A stretch of DNA of 64,000 nt. It comes from an uncultured Bacteroidales bacterium (lineage in GTDB: Bacteria > Bacteroidota > Bacteroidia > Bacteroidales > WCHB1-69). Under the pieces are notes generated by a model, which did not search any database, had not been told where the DNA came from, and was given only the letters and a program-made list of their open reading frames with translations. Positions 1 through 8,514 of this stretch are shown here, one piece after another. Location: positions 339 to 64,338 of the forward strand of contig CAMORT010000006.1 of assembly GCA_946624065.1 (NCBI GenBank), in the 5' to 3' direction. Numbering within the stretch: the first letter of the stretch is position 1; every line of letters starts with the position of its first letter. A program made the position numbers and the translations under genes.

Positions 1-1
1 C

Positions 2-82
2 AAAGAGTTTTATGCCTTGCTCACCAAAGAGATGCCCCACTGGGAGAAGTGGAAAACGAAGTTTGAACGGATGATGAGGTAA
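2..82 (+). CDS. 3' end of a probable M48/YgjP (DUF45) family metallopeptidase, truncated by window start
   Basis: Frame from nt 2 reads KEFYALLTKEMPHWEKWKTKFERMMR*, resembling the F(W/Y)xLLxxxMPxW C-terminus of YgjP-like proteins. Only 26 aa are visible. Confidence 0.5.
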   Translation, partial: KEFYALLTKEMPHWEKWKTKFERMMR

Positions 83-149
83 CCTGATTATTGTGTCACA
101 AACACCCGCCAGCAGCATAGGAGACCTTCTCAGCAGCGTTTTATTATTG

Positions 150-175
150 AAATGGTTGTATCACTACAACCATTT
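150..175. terminator. AT-rich hairpin between convergent genes, possible bidirectional terminator
   Basis: aaatggttgta-tcac-tacaaccattt is a perfect 11-bp stem. Confidence 0.4.
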
Positions 176-279
176 TTACAACATTTTCTGTTTCATTCAC
201 CCATTTGGCGAAAATTTGATGTGGCAGTTGGCTTTATTCCAAATGTCAACAGCACCGATATCAACGGCTAATTTTTCGG

Positions 280-1620
280 TCAGATAAACATTGTCATCAT
301 CACCGGTAGCAGTGTCACGGCCCCGTCCTTGCACAGATCCTTCGTATATACAAGGAACCGATCGCCCACGCGGGCCGAGAACTTCTTGCAGAAGGCATCC
401 AGCGAGGCATGCGTCTTGTAGCCCGACGACTTCACCTCCAGCGGCCAAAGCTTGGCTCCTCTCGACAACAGGAAGTCAACCTCGTAATTATGCTTGCCAC
501 TCTCTGTAGGCCACGTGTAATAGAACAGTTTGTTCCCCGCTGCCGTCAACATCTGCGCCACAATATTCTCATATACATAACCCAAATTGGCACTCAGCTT
601 GTCGCTCAGCAGCTTCTCGTAAATCAAGTTCTCGGTCACATCTTTGTCCCAAAACGCCAATGTCACAAACAGCCCCGTATCACCTACAAACATCTTGTAC
701 TGGTTCACATCACAATTCAAGGCCAACCCCACATTCGGGTCATCCGAGTGATAGGCAAAGTTCACCGTCATGCTCTCACGCATCTTCTCCAGCACCTCGT
801 CCAGATTCTTTCGTTCGCTGTCACTCAACACACTCGCCACCTGATAACGCGAGGCATTCTTGCTCAGCTCCGACGGGATGGCTTGGAACAATCTTGCCGC
901 ACGTCCCGAGGGATCAATCTTTCCAAAGTCCTCGATATACAGGTCTATAATCCCGCGTTTCACTTTGTCCACCCGGCTCAAATTGTTCGTCTCCAGATAC
1001 TCGTTCACCGCCTGCGGCATACCGCCCACCAGCATATACAGCCTGAAATCGCGCATCGATTTGCGCAGCGCCTGTCCCAATGGTAGCCGATTCTCGTAGA
1101 ACTGCCTCAGCAGCGGCACCGTAGCCTCATCGCCCAAAGCCCAACGAAACTCTTCGTAATCCATCGGACACATCTCAATCCGCGTCTCCTCGCTTGGAAT
1201 GATGATGTTTTGCGATTTCTTCCTGATGGATATCAACGAGCCCGTCTCAATATAGTCGTAGCGATGGTCGCCCACCAGCGTCTTGATAGCCTGGCGAGCT
1301 TTCGGACATTCCTGCACCTCGTCGAAAATAATCACCGACTGCCGCTTCTCCAGCACCACATTGTAGATAGCCTGCAACCGCAGAAAGATGTGGTCCAAGT
1401 CATTCAAATCGTCGAACAGCGATTTCACCTCTGCCGACGCCTTGGCGAAATCAACTAACATGTACGATTTATATTCGTTACGGGCAAATTCTTTGACAAT
1501 GGTTGACTTTCCCACACGTCGAACGCCTTTAACCAACAGGGCTGTCTTTCCGTTTTCTTCCCTTTTCCATTCCTGTAATTTACTGTATATCTTACGTTTG
1601 AATATTCTGAACTCTTCCAT
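280..1620 (-). CDS. AAA family ATPase with DUF4143 / C-terminal PD-(D/E)xK-like domain
   Basis: Walker A GVRRVGKST, Walker B IIFDEVQ, ETGS, VGGMP and C-terminal EVDFLL...PLEVKSS; 446 aa. Confidence 0.9.
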   Translation of the reverse strand: MEEFRIFKRKIYSKLQEWKREENGKTALLVKGVRRVGKSTIVKEFARNEYKSYMLVDFAKASAEVKSLFDDLNDLDHIFLRLQAIYNVVLEKRQSVIIFDEVQECPKARQAIKTLVGDHRYDYIETGSLISIRKKSQNIIIPSEETRIEMCPMDYEEFRWALGDEATVPLLRQFYENRLPLGQALRKSMRDFRLYMLVGGMPQAVNEYLETNNLSRVDKVKRGIIDLYIEDFGKIDPSGRAARLFQAIPSELSKNASRYQVASVLSDSERKNLDEVLEKMRESMTVNFAYHSDDPNVGLALNCDVNQYKMFVGDTGLFVTLAFWDKDVTENLIYEKLLSDKLSANLGYVYENIVAQMLTAAGNKLFYYTWPTESGKHNYEVDFLLSRGAKLWPLEVKSSGYKTHASLDAFCKKFSARVGDRFLVYTKDLCKDGAVTLLPVMMTMFI

Positions 1621-1657
1621 ATTTTCAGTAATTTAACGCTGCAAAAATACGCATTAT

Positions 1658-1736
1658 TTCCAAATCCTCATAATTTATTACTGCCAAATATTCCAAAATC
1701 TCATAATTTATTACTGCTAAATATTCCAAACCCTCA
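1658..1736. repeat. 33-bp direct tandem repeat (about 2.4 copies)
   Basis: ttccaaatcctcataatttattactgccaaata / ttccaaaatctcataatttattactgctaaata / ttccaaaccctca. Confidence 0.9.
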
Positions 1737-1835
1737 CTTTTTTCACTCTTCTTTTGTACCAGCTCCAAAAAGTTTTTCATGTCGGAATATTTTGTAGTTT
1801 CGCGGAGGAAAAATTATGTTGTGAGAATAACCCCG

Positions 1836-2345
1836 ATGAAGAAATACCTGGTTCTTATCGCTCTTTTGTTAACAATCCTTTGTCTGTGCATCGGCGGGTT
1901 CCCCAGGTTGGCACATCGCACGACCGTGATGTGTTTCCCTATAGTACAAGCAGATGATACCATAATCAACCCTTTGAAAGACGTTGATATGAACGATGCC
2001 AAAGCGTTTTTGATCCTCTCCCTCGATGATTGGAGTGAACTTCCCGAAGGAATGCCCGCGCGTCGTGTGCTCGTCTGCACGGATGCGAAGGTGCTGCAAC
2101 AACTAAAGGACGTTTTCTCGTTTGAGATCAGCGGCGGGGATATGTGCACTGCGGAAAGCGAACTTTGGGTGTACAGCCACGACACCTTGAAGCTGATGAC
2201 CAACATCGTTATTGAACAGAACTGTATCGGCATCCAGAACGAGCTGACGGGCTGGGCTGAGGCGGTAAACCAAGAACAGCTGTGTCGCCTTTTCTCACAG
2301 TTCAAACCTTACAGTTGGCCGAGGTTGTCGTTAAGGCCGAATTGA
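1836..2345 (+). CDS. Hypothetical exported or membrane-anchored protein
   Basis: MKKYLVLIALLLTILCLCIGG is a hydrophobic N-terminus, so the ATG at 1836 is preferred over 1779. No family recognised. Confidence 0.65.
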   Translation: MKKYLVLIALLLTILCLCIGGFPRLAHRTTVMCFPIVQADDTIINPLKDVDMNDAKAFLILSLDDWSELPEGMPARRVLVCTDAKVLQQLKDVFSFEISGGDMCTAESELWVYSHDTLKLMTNIVIEQNCIGIQNELTGWAEAVNQEQLCRLFSQFKPYSWPRLSLRPN

Positions 2346-2375
2346 TTTGTTCATTGTTTCATGATATTACAGGGA

Positions 2376-2409
2376 CGCACTGGCAGAAATTGCCAGATGC
2401 GCTTATTTT
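2376..2409 (+). terminator. Probable intrinsic terminator
   Basis: cgca-ctggca-gaaat-tgccag-a-tgcg stem followed by cttatttt. Confidence 0.55.
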
Positions 2410-2531
2410 ATATTTCATTCACAATTTGCAATGAAAATATAAACAAAAAATTATATATTTGCCATGTTATAATAGATAACCGATAATCTATCTATTTGAC
2501 TGAACACAAATTATTTATAAAACAAAAACCT

Positions 2532-3089
2532 ATGACAACAAAAACAGGATTTATCCCGTCTCACGGCAACTACACCGAATTACTCTCTTTCAAGAAATCG
2601 CTCATCGTCTATTCCGGCACGGTGCTTTTCTGCGAGCGCTTCCTGAACAAGCGCGACCGCACCGTTGACCAGATGGTGCAAGCGGCGCGTTCCGGCAAAC
2701 AGAACATCATTGAGGGCTCAATGGCCTCGGCCACGTCCAAAGAAACCGAAATCAAACTGACCAACGTGGCAAGGGCCAGTCAAGAAGAGTTGCTGGAAGA
2801 TTACAAGGACTACATCCGCAACAACCGGGGTGTTATTTGGGAAAAAGATAGCAAAGAGGCCTTGTTCGTCAGGCGGTTGGCTTACCGGAAGGACGAGTCG
2901 TTTGAAACCTACCGCGAGTTTTTGGAAACGCGGGACGGCATCGTCTGCGCCAACATTATGATTTGTCTGGTGAACCAGTGCAACTACCTTTTAGACAGGC
3001 AAATCAAGCGCTTGGAACAGGATTTTGTCAAATTTGGCGGTCTGCGTGAGAGGATGAGCCAGGCAAGGAGGAATTATCGGAAGTATTAG
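2532..3089 (+). CDS. Four helix bundle protein with suffix domain (23S rRNA IVP/Avd superfamily)
   Basis: RTVDQMVQAARSGKQNIIEGS, KETEIKLTNVARASQEELLEDY and LLDRQIKRLEQDFVKFGGLRERM. Confidence 0.9.
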   Translation: MTTKTGFIPSHGNYTELLSFKKSLIVYSGTVLFCERFLNKRDRTVDQMVQAARSGKQNIIEGSMASATSKETEIKLTNVARASQEELLEDYKDYIRNNRGVIWEKDSKEALFVRRLAYRKDESFETYREFLETRDGIVCANIMICLVNQCNYLLDRQIKRLEQDFVKFGGLRERMSQARRNYRKY

Positions 3090-3108
3090 AGTCGGGGGAT
3101 GGAAGGCC

Positions 3109-3155
3109 GTCCTATGGGTCCTATAAGTCTTAGAGACTTATAGGACCCATAGGAC
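3109..3155. repeat. Perfect 22-bp inverted repeat (3-nt loop) made of 9-mer units; possible bidirectional terminator
   Basis: gtcctatgggtcctataagtct-tag-agacttataggacccataggac. Confidence 0.9.
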
Positions 3156-3209
3156 AATCAAAGGAACAATTTTCACCTGACTTTCGGCTTACTGAAGAGG
3201 AATGGGGGG

Positions 3210-3656
3210 CTATCCCAATATCTGCGCCGTGTGCGCCTTGGTGTTCACCTTCCCGATGGCATCGATGATAATACCTTGCTCGTCAATGACATAGGTGGTA
3301 CGCAGTGTGCCTTCGGTCACCTTGCCGTACATCTTCTTTTCGCCCCAGGCCTCGTAGGCCTTCAATATGGTGAGGTCCGTGTCGGCGATGAGGTGGAAGG
3401 GCAACTCGTATTTGGCGATGAACCGCTGGTGAGAGGCGGCGGAGTCGCGGCTCACGCCCAACACCTCGTAACCCATGGCGAGGAACCGCTGGTAGTTGTC
3501 GCGCAAGTCACAGGCCTCGGCGGTGCAGCCCGGCGTGCTGTCTTTGGGGTAGAAGTAGAGCACGAGCTTCTTGCCGGCGAAGTCGCTCAGTTTCACAGTG
3601 TTTCCATTCTCGTCAACGCCCTCGAAATAGGGGGCTTTTATTCCGATTTGCAGCAT
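3210..3656 (-). CDS. bcp: Thioredoxin-dependent peroxiredoxin (BCP/PrxQ)
   Basis: LYFYPKDSTPGCTAEACDLRD motif; start set at MLQIG. Confidence 0.92.
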   Translation of the reverse strand: MLQIGIKAPYFEGVDENGNTVKLSDFAGKKLVLYFYPKDSTPGCTAEACDLRDNYQRFLAMGYEVLGVSRDSAASHQRFIAKYELPFHLIADTDLTILKAYEAWGEKKMYGKVTEGTLRTTYVIDEQGIIIDAIGKVNTKAHTAQILG

Positions 3657-3763
3657 AGTATTGGTATTTTTGTTGAAAAGGCAAAGGTAGTGTTTTTTCA
3701 AATATCCGCATTTAATCAGGGTATCGGATTATTTTGTAGTTTTGCATTTTTAACAAACGAATA

Positions 3764-4918
3764 ATGGAAAAAGAACGCAGCATCGACCGATTGGCACGAT
3801 ATATCATCATCCTGGGCACGCTCGCCATAGCCGCCGTGCTATGCTATTTCTTCAGCAGTGTGCTGGCCTACATCCTCCTGGCTTTTGTCGTGTCACTGAT
3901 AGGACAACCTGTCTTTAAATTGCTCAAGAAAATCAAAATCAAAGGAAAATCGGCCCCAGATGCCCTGCTGGCCGTTATCACCCTCATCATTATCTTCGCC
4001 TTGCTGTTCCTCTTAATCTTGCAGGTGATTCCCGTCGTTTCCGGCATCTTACGGGATGCCTCTCTGATGAATACGCAGGAAACGATGGATGCACACAACT
4101 TGATCAACCAGGCCAATGATTGGATAATCAGGGTCATACCTTGGATGGGCGAGGATTTTGACGGTGTGCAGATGCTGATCCAGAAACTCTCGGAAGTGTT
4201 GGATTTGTCGGACATTCCCGCCATCTTGGGCTCTGTAGCCTCCGCCGTGGCCGGCATTGCAGTCGGACTCTTCTCCGTGCTCTTCATCTCTTTCTTCTTC
4301 ATCAAAGATGAAAATCTTTTCTGCCGGATCATCGGCTCCTTAGCACCTGACTCGCTTGAGGGAAAGGTAAATAAAACCATTCTCGACATTGAACGGCTTC
4401 TTTCCCGCTACTTTGTGGGACTAATCATGGAGATCTTCGGGGTGGTGGTGCTCGACTGTCTCGGCCTCTGGCTCATCGCCCGCATCGGATTCAACTACGC
4501 CCTAGGTATTGCCTTCATCGCCGGCCTGTTGAATATCATCCCATACGTGGGACCGCTGATCGGAGAAGCCATCGGCGTGGTGCTCTGCCTCATCCTGAAA
4601 TACGGCGCAGGCATCGGGTTAAATGTGAATATTTGGGTCTTCGCTCTCATCGTACTGGTCATCATGCTGGCCGTGCAGTTAATAGACAATTTTATCTACC
4701 AACCACTTATCTATTCCACCAGCATCAAAGCACATCCGTTGGAAATCTTCATCGTGTTGCTGATTGCCGGACATGTCGGAGGCATTGTGGGCATGCTCAT
4801 CGCCATACCCACCTACACCGTCATCCGCGTTATCGCCAGCCGCTTCTTCTACGATTTCAAAATCGTGAAACGACTGATTCCCGATGTGGAGAACGAAAAT
4901 ACGGATTCGTTGGTATAA
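3764..4918 (+). CDS. AI-2E family transporter
   Basis: Multi-TM; LLNIIPYVGPLIG and QLIDNFIYQPLIYSTSIKAHPLEI motifs. Confidence 0.9.
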   Translation: MEKERSIDRLARYIIILGTLAIAAVLCYFFSSVLAYILLAFVVSLIGQPVFKLLKKIKIKGKSAPDALLAVITLIIIFALLFLLILQVIPVVSGILRDASLMNTQETMDAHNLINQANDWIIRVIPWMGEDFDGVQMLIQKLSEVLDLSDIPAILGSVASAVAGIAVGLFSVLFISFFFIKDENLFCRIIGSLAPDSLEGKVNKTILDIERLLSRYFVGLIMEIFGVVVLDCLGLWLIARIGFNYALGIAFIAGLLNIIPYVGPLIGEAIGVVLCLILKYGAGIGLNVNIWVFALIVLVIMLAVQLIDNFIYQPLIYSTSIKAHPLEIFIVLLIAGHVGGIVGMLIAIPTYTVIRVIASRFFYDFKIVKRLIPDVENENTDSLV

Positions 4919-4939
4919 TCCTTGTAAAAACCGCCTGTT

Positions 4940-5602
4940 ATGACCGCATTCGATTTTTGGAATATACTTTTGTCCCTCCCGAAGACTCTGCGCTTCAATT
5001 TTCACTATTTTCCGCTGAAAACCGCTTTGAAACTGCCTGTTTTCGTGTCACATCGCACTTTTCTGCGCGAATTGCACGGCAAAATCATGCTGCCTGAAAA
5101 GGTGAACACTGCCATGATCAAAATCGGGTTCGGCGATGTGGGCCATTACGACCGCAAACGCTCCCGCAGCATCTGGCAAGTGAGCGGAACCGTCGCTTTT
5201 GGAGGCAAAGCCAGCATCGGACACGGTTCCAAACTCTCTGTGAGAGGCAATCTTACGCTCGGTGCAGATTTCAACATGACCGCTGAAAGCACCATTGTCT
5301 GCGCACACCAAATTTCTTTCGGAAATGACTGCCTGCTGAGTTGGGACATCCTCATCATGGATACCGATGAGCACCCCATTTACAACCAAGACGGCATACG
5401 CACTAATCCCGACAAACCCATCCTCGTGGGCAACCATGTATGGATTGGATGCAAATGCACACTGCTGAAAGGCACAGAAATACCTAACAACGCTATTGTG
5501 GCGGCCGGAACACTATTGACCTCTGCATTCTCCGGCGAAAACCAAGTCATCGGCGGCAATCCACCCGCCGTTTTAAAGAGTGGTGTCCGCTGGGAACACT
5601 AA
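4940..5602 (+). CDS. Hexapeptide-repeat (left-handed beta-helix) acyltransferase
   Basis: ISFGNDCLLSWDILIMDTDEH and PILVGNHVWIGCKCTLLKGTEI...GGNPP. Confidence 0.85.
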   Translation: MTAFDFWNILLSLPKTLRFNFHYFPLKTALKLPVFVSHRTFLRELHGKIMLPEKVNTAMIKIGFGDVGHYDRKRSRSIWQVSGTVAFGGKASIGHGSKLSVRGNLTLGADFNMTAESTIVCAHQISFGNDCLLSWDILIMDTDEHPIYNQDGIRTNPDKPILVGNHVWIGCKCTLLKGTEIPNNAIVAAGTLLTSAFSGENQVIGGNPPAVLKSGVRWEH

Positions 5603-5742
5603 CCTCAACATTAGGGATTTTTTCCAACTGTATAATCAACCTGTTTTTCGCAAAAATACTTTTTTTATTTTTGCACCTTCTTCCAACAACAGGCAACTAC
5701 TATACAACTTCTTATAAATTAGAATTTTAAAACAAAACTAGT

Positions 5743-6261
5743 ATGAAAAGAAACTGTATTATCATTCTGTTTGTCGCATTTTTTGCAGGCATATTGTTTG
5801 AAGCAAACGCGCAAGCCCCTTATAAACACAGCATTGGAGCAACTCTTGGCACCACACAGGCCGTGTCATACAAGACATTTCCTCTGAACCACTTCGCCAT
5901 CCAACTGGATTTGGGCACCAAGTATTGTTATGTTTATGGCACCCATACTTGGTCTTTTGAACTTGCCCCGAATTTCATGTACGAAGGCCGTCTCACGAAA
6001 GGCCTGTACGGCTTTGTAGGTGCTGGTGGAAGCATCGGCTACAACTGGCAACCTTATTCATATATTTTCTACGGATATCACACGAGCTATAACAACGGGA
6101 AAGGTGGTGTAAACGGTTTCTTCGGAATGGAATACAAGTTCAACATCCCACTTACACTACAGTTCGACTTCCGACCTGGATACCGTTGCGTATTTAACCG
6201 TTATTTTGCCGACCATATTTTCGATTGGGGATTGAATTTTGGCGTACGATATACCTTCTAA
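5743..6261 (+). CDS. Small outer-membrane beta-barrel protein
   Basis: Signal peptide, amphipathic strands, GMEYKFNIPLTLQFDFRP and C-terminal GVRYTF. Confidence 0.75.
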   Translation: MKRNCIIILFVAFFAGILFEANAQAPYKHSIGATLGTTQAVSYKTFPLNHFAIQLDLGTKYCYVYGTHTWSFELAPNFMYEGRLTKGLYGFVGAGGSIGYNWQPYSYIFYGYHTSYNNGKGGVNGFFGMEYKFNIPLTLQFDFRPGYRCVFNRYFADHIFDWGLNFGVRYTF

Positions 6262-6322
6262 TATATATAATCCGTTATTTTCCTGTTTTTTTCCTACCTT
6301 TGCATTTCAAAAATCACACAAG

Positions 6323-8467
6323 ATGAAACATAAAATCAACCTTTTGTGCATCGCTTTCATGATGCTTGTTTTGGGTGCCCGCGCCGATGAGGGTATGTGG
6401 CTCCCCTATTCTATTAACGGACAGAATCTGGCTGATATGCAGCGACTTGGCTGCAAGCTCACCGCCGAGCAGATTTTCAGCTTCAACCAACCCAGTTTGA
6501 AAGATGCCATCGTGCAATTCGGTGGCGGGTGCACCGGAGAACTGATTTCTCCCGAAGGCCTGCTACTCACCAACCACCACTGCGGCCTCTCTTATGTGCA
6601 GGCCCACGCCTCCGTGGAACACGACTACCTGCAAGACGGCTTCTGGGCACGCAGCAAGGATCAAGAACTGCCCAACGAAGGTCTTTCCGTATCCTTCCTC
6701 ACTTATATTGAGGATGTTACGGAAGCGGTATTGAAAGGTGTCACCAACAACATGTCAGAAAGTGACCGCGCCAAAAAGATTGAGGAAAATTGCAAAGCCC
6801 TGGAAAAAGAACGCAAGGGCAACCGGAATGTAGGGGTGGAAATCGTTCCCTTCTACCACGGCAACCAATACATCCTGTTTGTTTATGATGTGTACAAAGA
6901 CGTGCGTCTGGTGGCTTGCCCGCCTTGGGGCATCGGCAAGTTCGGCGCCGACACCGACAACTGGACCTGGCCGCGCCACAAGGGCGACTTCTGCATCTTC
7001 CGCGTTTATACCGCCCCCGATGGCTCCCCCGCTGAATACAGCAAGGACAACATTCCGATGAAATCAAAACACTATCTGCCAATTTCCTTAAAAGGCGTTC
7101 AACCAGGTGATTACACCATGATTCTCGGTTACCCTGGCAGCACCGACCGCTACTCCTACTCCGGCGCCGTGAAGAATGTCATTGAATTGGAAGGCCCCGC
7201 CATTGTGGACTGCCGCACCACCAAACTGGAGCAGTACCGCAAGCACATGGACGCCGACCCCGCCGTCTTCATCCAATACGCCTCCAAACAAGCCAGCGTG
7301 AGCAACTACTGGAAATACTATATTGGCCAAGTGAAGCAACTCCAACGCAACAAGGTGGTGGAAAAACGCATGGATCAGGAGAAAGCGTTCCGCCAATGGG
7401 CCGAGCAAGATAAGGGCCGTTCTACCAAATACAAAGGCATCTTCGATGAGATGGACAACTATTGGAACAACCAGAACAAATACACCAAAGCCCTCATTTA
7501 TCACCGTGAGGCGGGCTGGCGTGGCGGCGAGGCCGTGACTTTCGCCTTGAGATTCAGAGCAATAAATAACGCCATCGAGTCAAAGGCAGCTCCCAAAGAA
7601 AACATAATCGCCTATGTGAAGAAAATGAAACCCGATTTTGAGGATTTCTTCAAAGATTATAACAAGGCTTTGGACCGTGATGTCACTATCGCCCTGCTGA
7701 ACCTGTTTTATAAAGATGTGGATCACAATCAGTTACCTGCCGTGATTAAGAAAGTGGGCGACAAGAACGGTGGGGATTTCACCGCATTTGTCGATAACGC
7801 ATTCGCCAAATCCATTTTGGTGGATCGCGACAAATTGTATGCTTGGATAGAGAATCCCAAATCACTCTCAAAAGATCCCATTTATGCCTTGATGTACAGC
7901 ATTTTGGAATCGTATTGGGATTTGGGAGAAAAGGCCGACGAGGTGAACTGCAAACGCGCCGACCGCCTCTATATGCAAGGTCTTATGGAGATGCAGAAAG
8001 ACCGCAACTTCTATCCCGACGCCAATTTCACCATGCGCCTTACTTACGGTAGCGTACAAGATTGCAAGCCGTCAGATGCCATCACATACAATTATGTAAC
8101 CACATTGGATGGTGTAATGGCCAAGTACAAACCCGGCAACTGGGAGTTTGATGTTCCGAAAGACCTCATCAGACTTTGGGAAAATCACGACTACGGCCGC
8201 TATGCTGACGAAAACGGCAATTTGGTGGTCAACTTCATCACGACCAACGATATCACGGGCGGCAACTCCGGCAGTCCCGTCATCGATGCCAACGGCAACC
8301 TCATCGGTCTGGCCTTCGACGGCAACTGGGAAGCCATGAGCGGCGACATCGCCTTCGAGAATGAGGTACAACGCACCATCTGCATGGACATGCGCTACCT
8401 GCTCTTCATCATCGACAAGATGGCCAATGCCCAGAACCTGATGCAGGAACTGACCATTGTGAAATAA
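6323..8467 (+). CDS. S46 family dipeptidyl peptidase (DPP7-like)
   Basis: ADEGMW, TNHHC, DNWTWPRH and TGGNSGSPV. FDGNWEAMSGD has Gly as in DPP7, not the Arg of DPP11. Confidence 0.93.
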   Translation: MKHKINLLCIAFMMLVLGARADEGMWLPYSINGQNLADMQRLGCKLTAEQIFSFNQPSLKDAIVQFGGGCTGELISPEGLLLTNHHCGLSYVQAHASVEHDYLQDGFWARSKDQELPNEGLSVSFLTYIEDVTEAVLKGVTNNMSESDRAKKIEENCKALEKERKGNRNVGVEIVPFYHGNQYILFVYDVYKDVRLVACPPWGIGKFGADTDNWTWPRHKGDFCIFRVYTAPDGSPAEYSKDNIPMKSKHYLPISLKGVQPGDYTMILGYPGSTDRYSYSGAVKNVIELEGPAIVDCRTTKLEQYRKHMDADPAVFIQYASKQASVSNYWKYYIGQVKQLQRNKVVEKRMDQEKAFRQWAEQDKGRSTKYKGIFDEMDNYWNNQNKYTKALIYHREAGWRGGEAVTFALRFRAINNAIESKAAPKENIIAYVKKMKPDFEDFFKDYNKALDRDVTIALLNLFYKDVDHNQLPAVIKKVGDKNGGDFTAFVDNAFAKSILVDRDKLYAWIENPKSLSKDPIYALMYSILESYWDLGEKADEVNCKRADRLYMQGLMEMQKDRNFYPDANFTMRLTYGSVQDCKPSDAITYNYVTTLDGVMAKYKPGNWEFDVPKDLIRLWENHDYGRYADENGNLVVNFITTNDITGGNSGSPVIDANGNLIGLAFDGNWEAMSGDIAFENEVQRTICMDMRYLLFIIDKMANAQNLMQELTIVK

Positions 8468-8514
8468 TCCCAATAGAGAAAAACACTATTTTTGCGCCTT
8501 CAAAAAAAAACAAT

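Noticed and set aside
93-287. Short ORFs 93-287 (+) and 197-448 (-)
   Set aside because: No family motifs or promoter support; they overlap a terminator-like hairpin and the ATPase 3' end.
1658-1736. Possible CRISPR array
   Set aside because: The repeats are head-to-tail with no unique spacers, there are fewer than three copies, and no cas genes are present.
2532-3155. Diversity-generating retroelement (Avd-like gene plus hairpin)
   Set aside because: No reverse transcriptase and no TR/VR pair differing at adenines was seen in the window.
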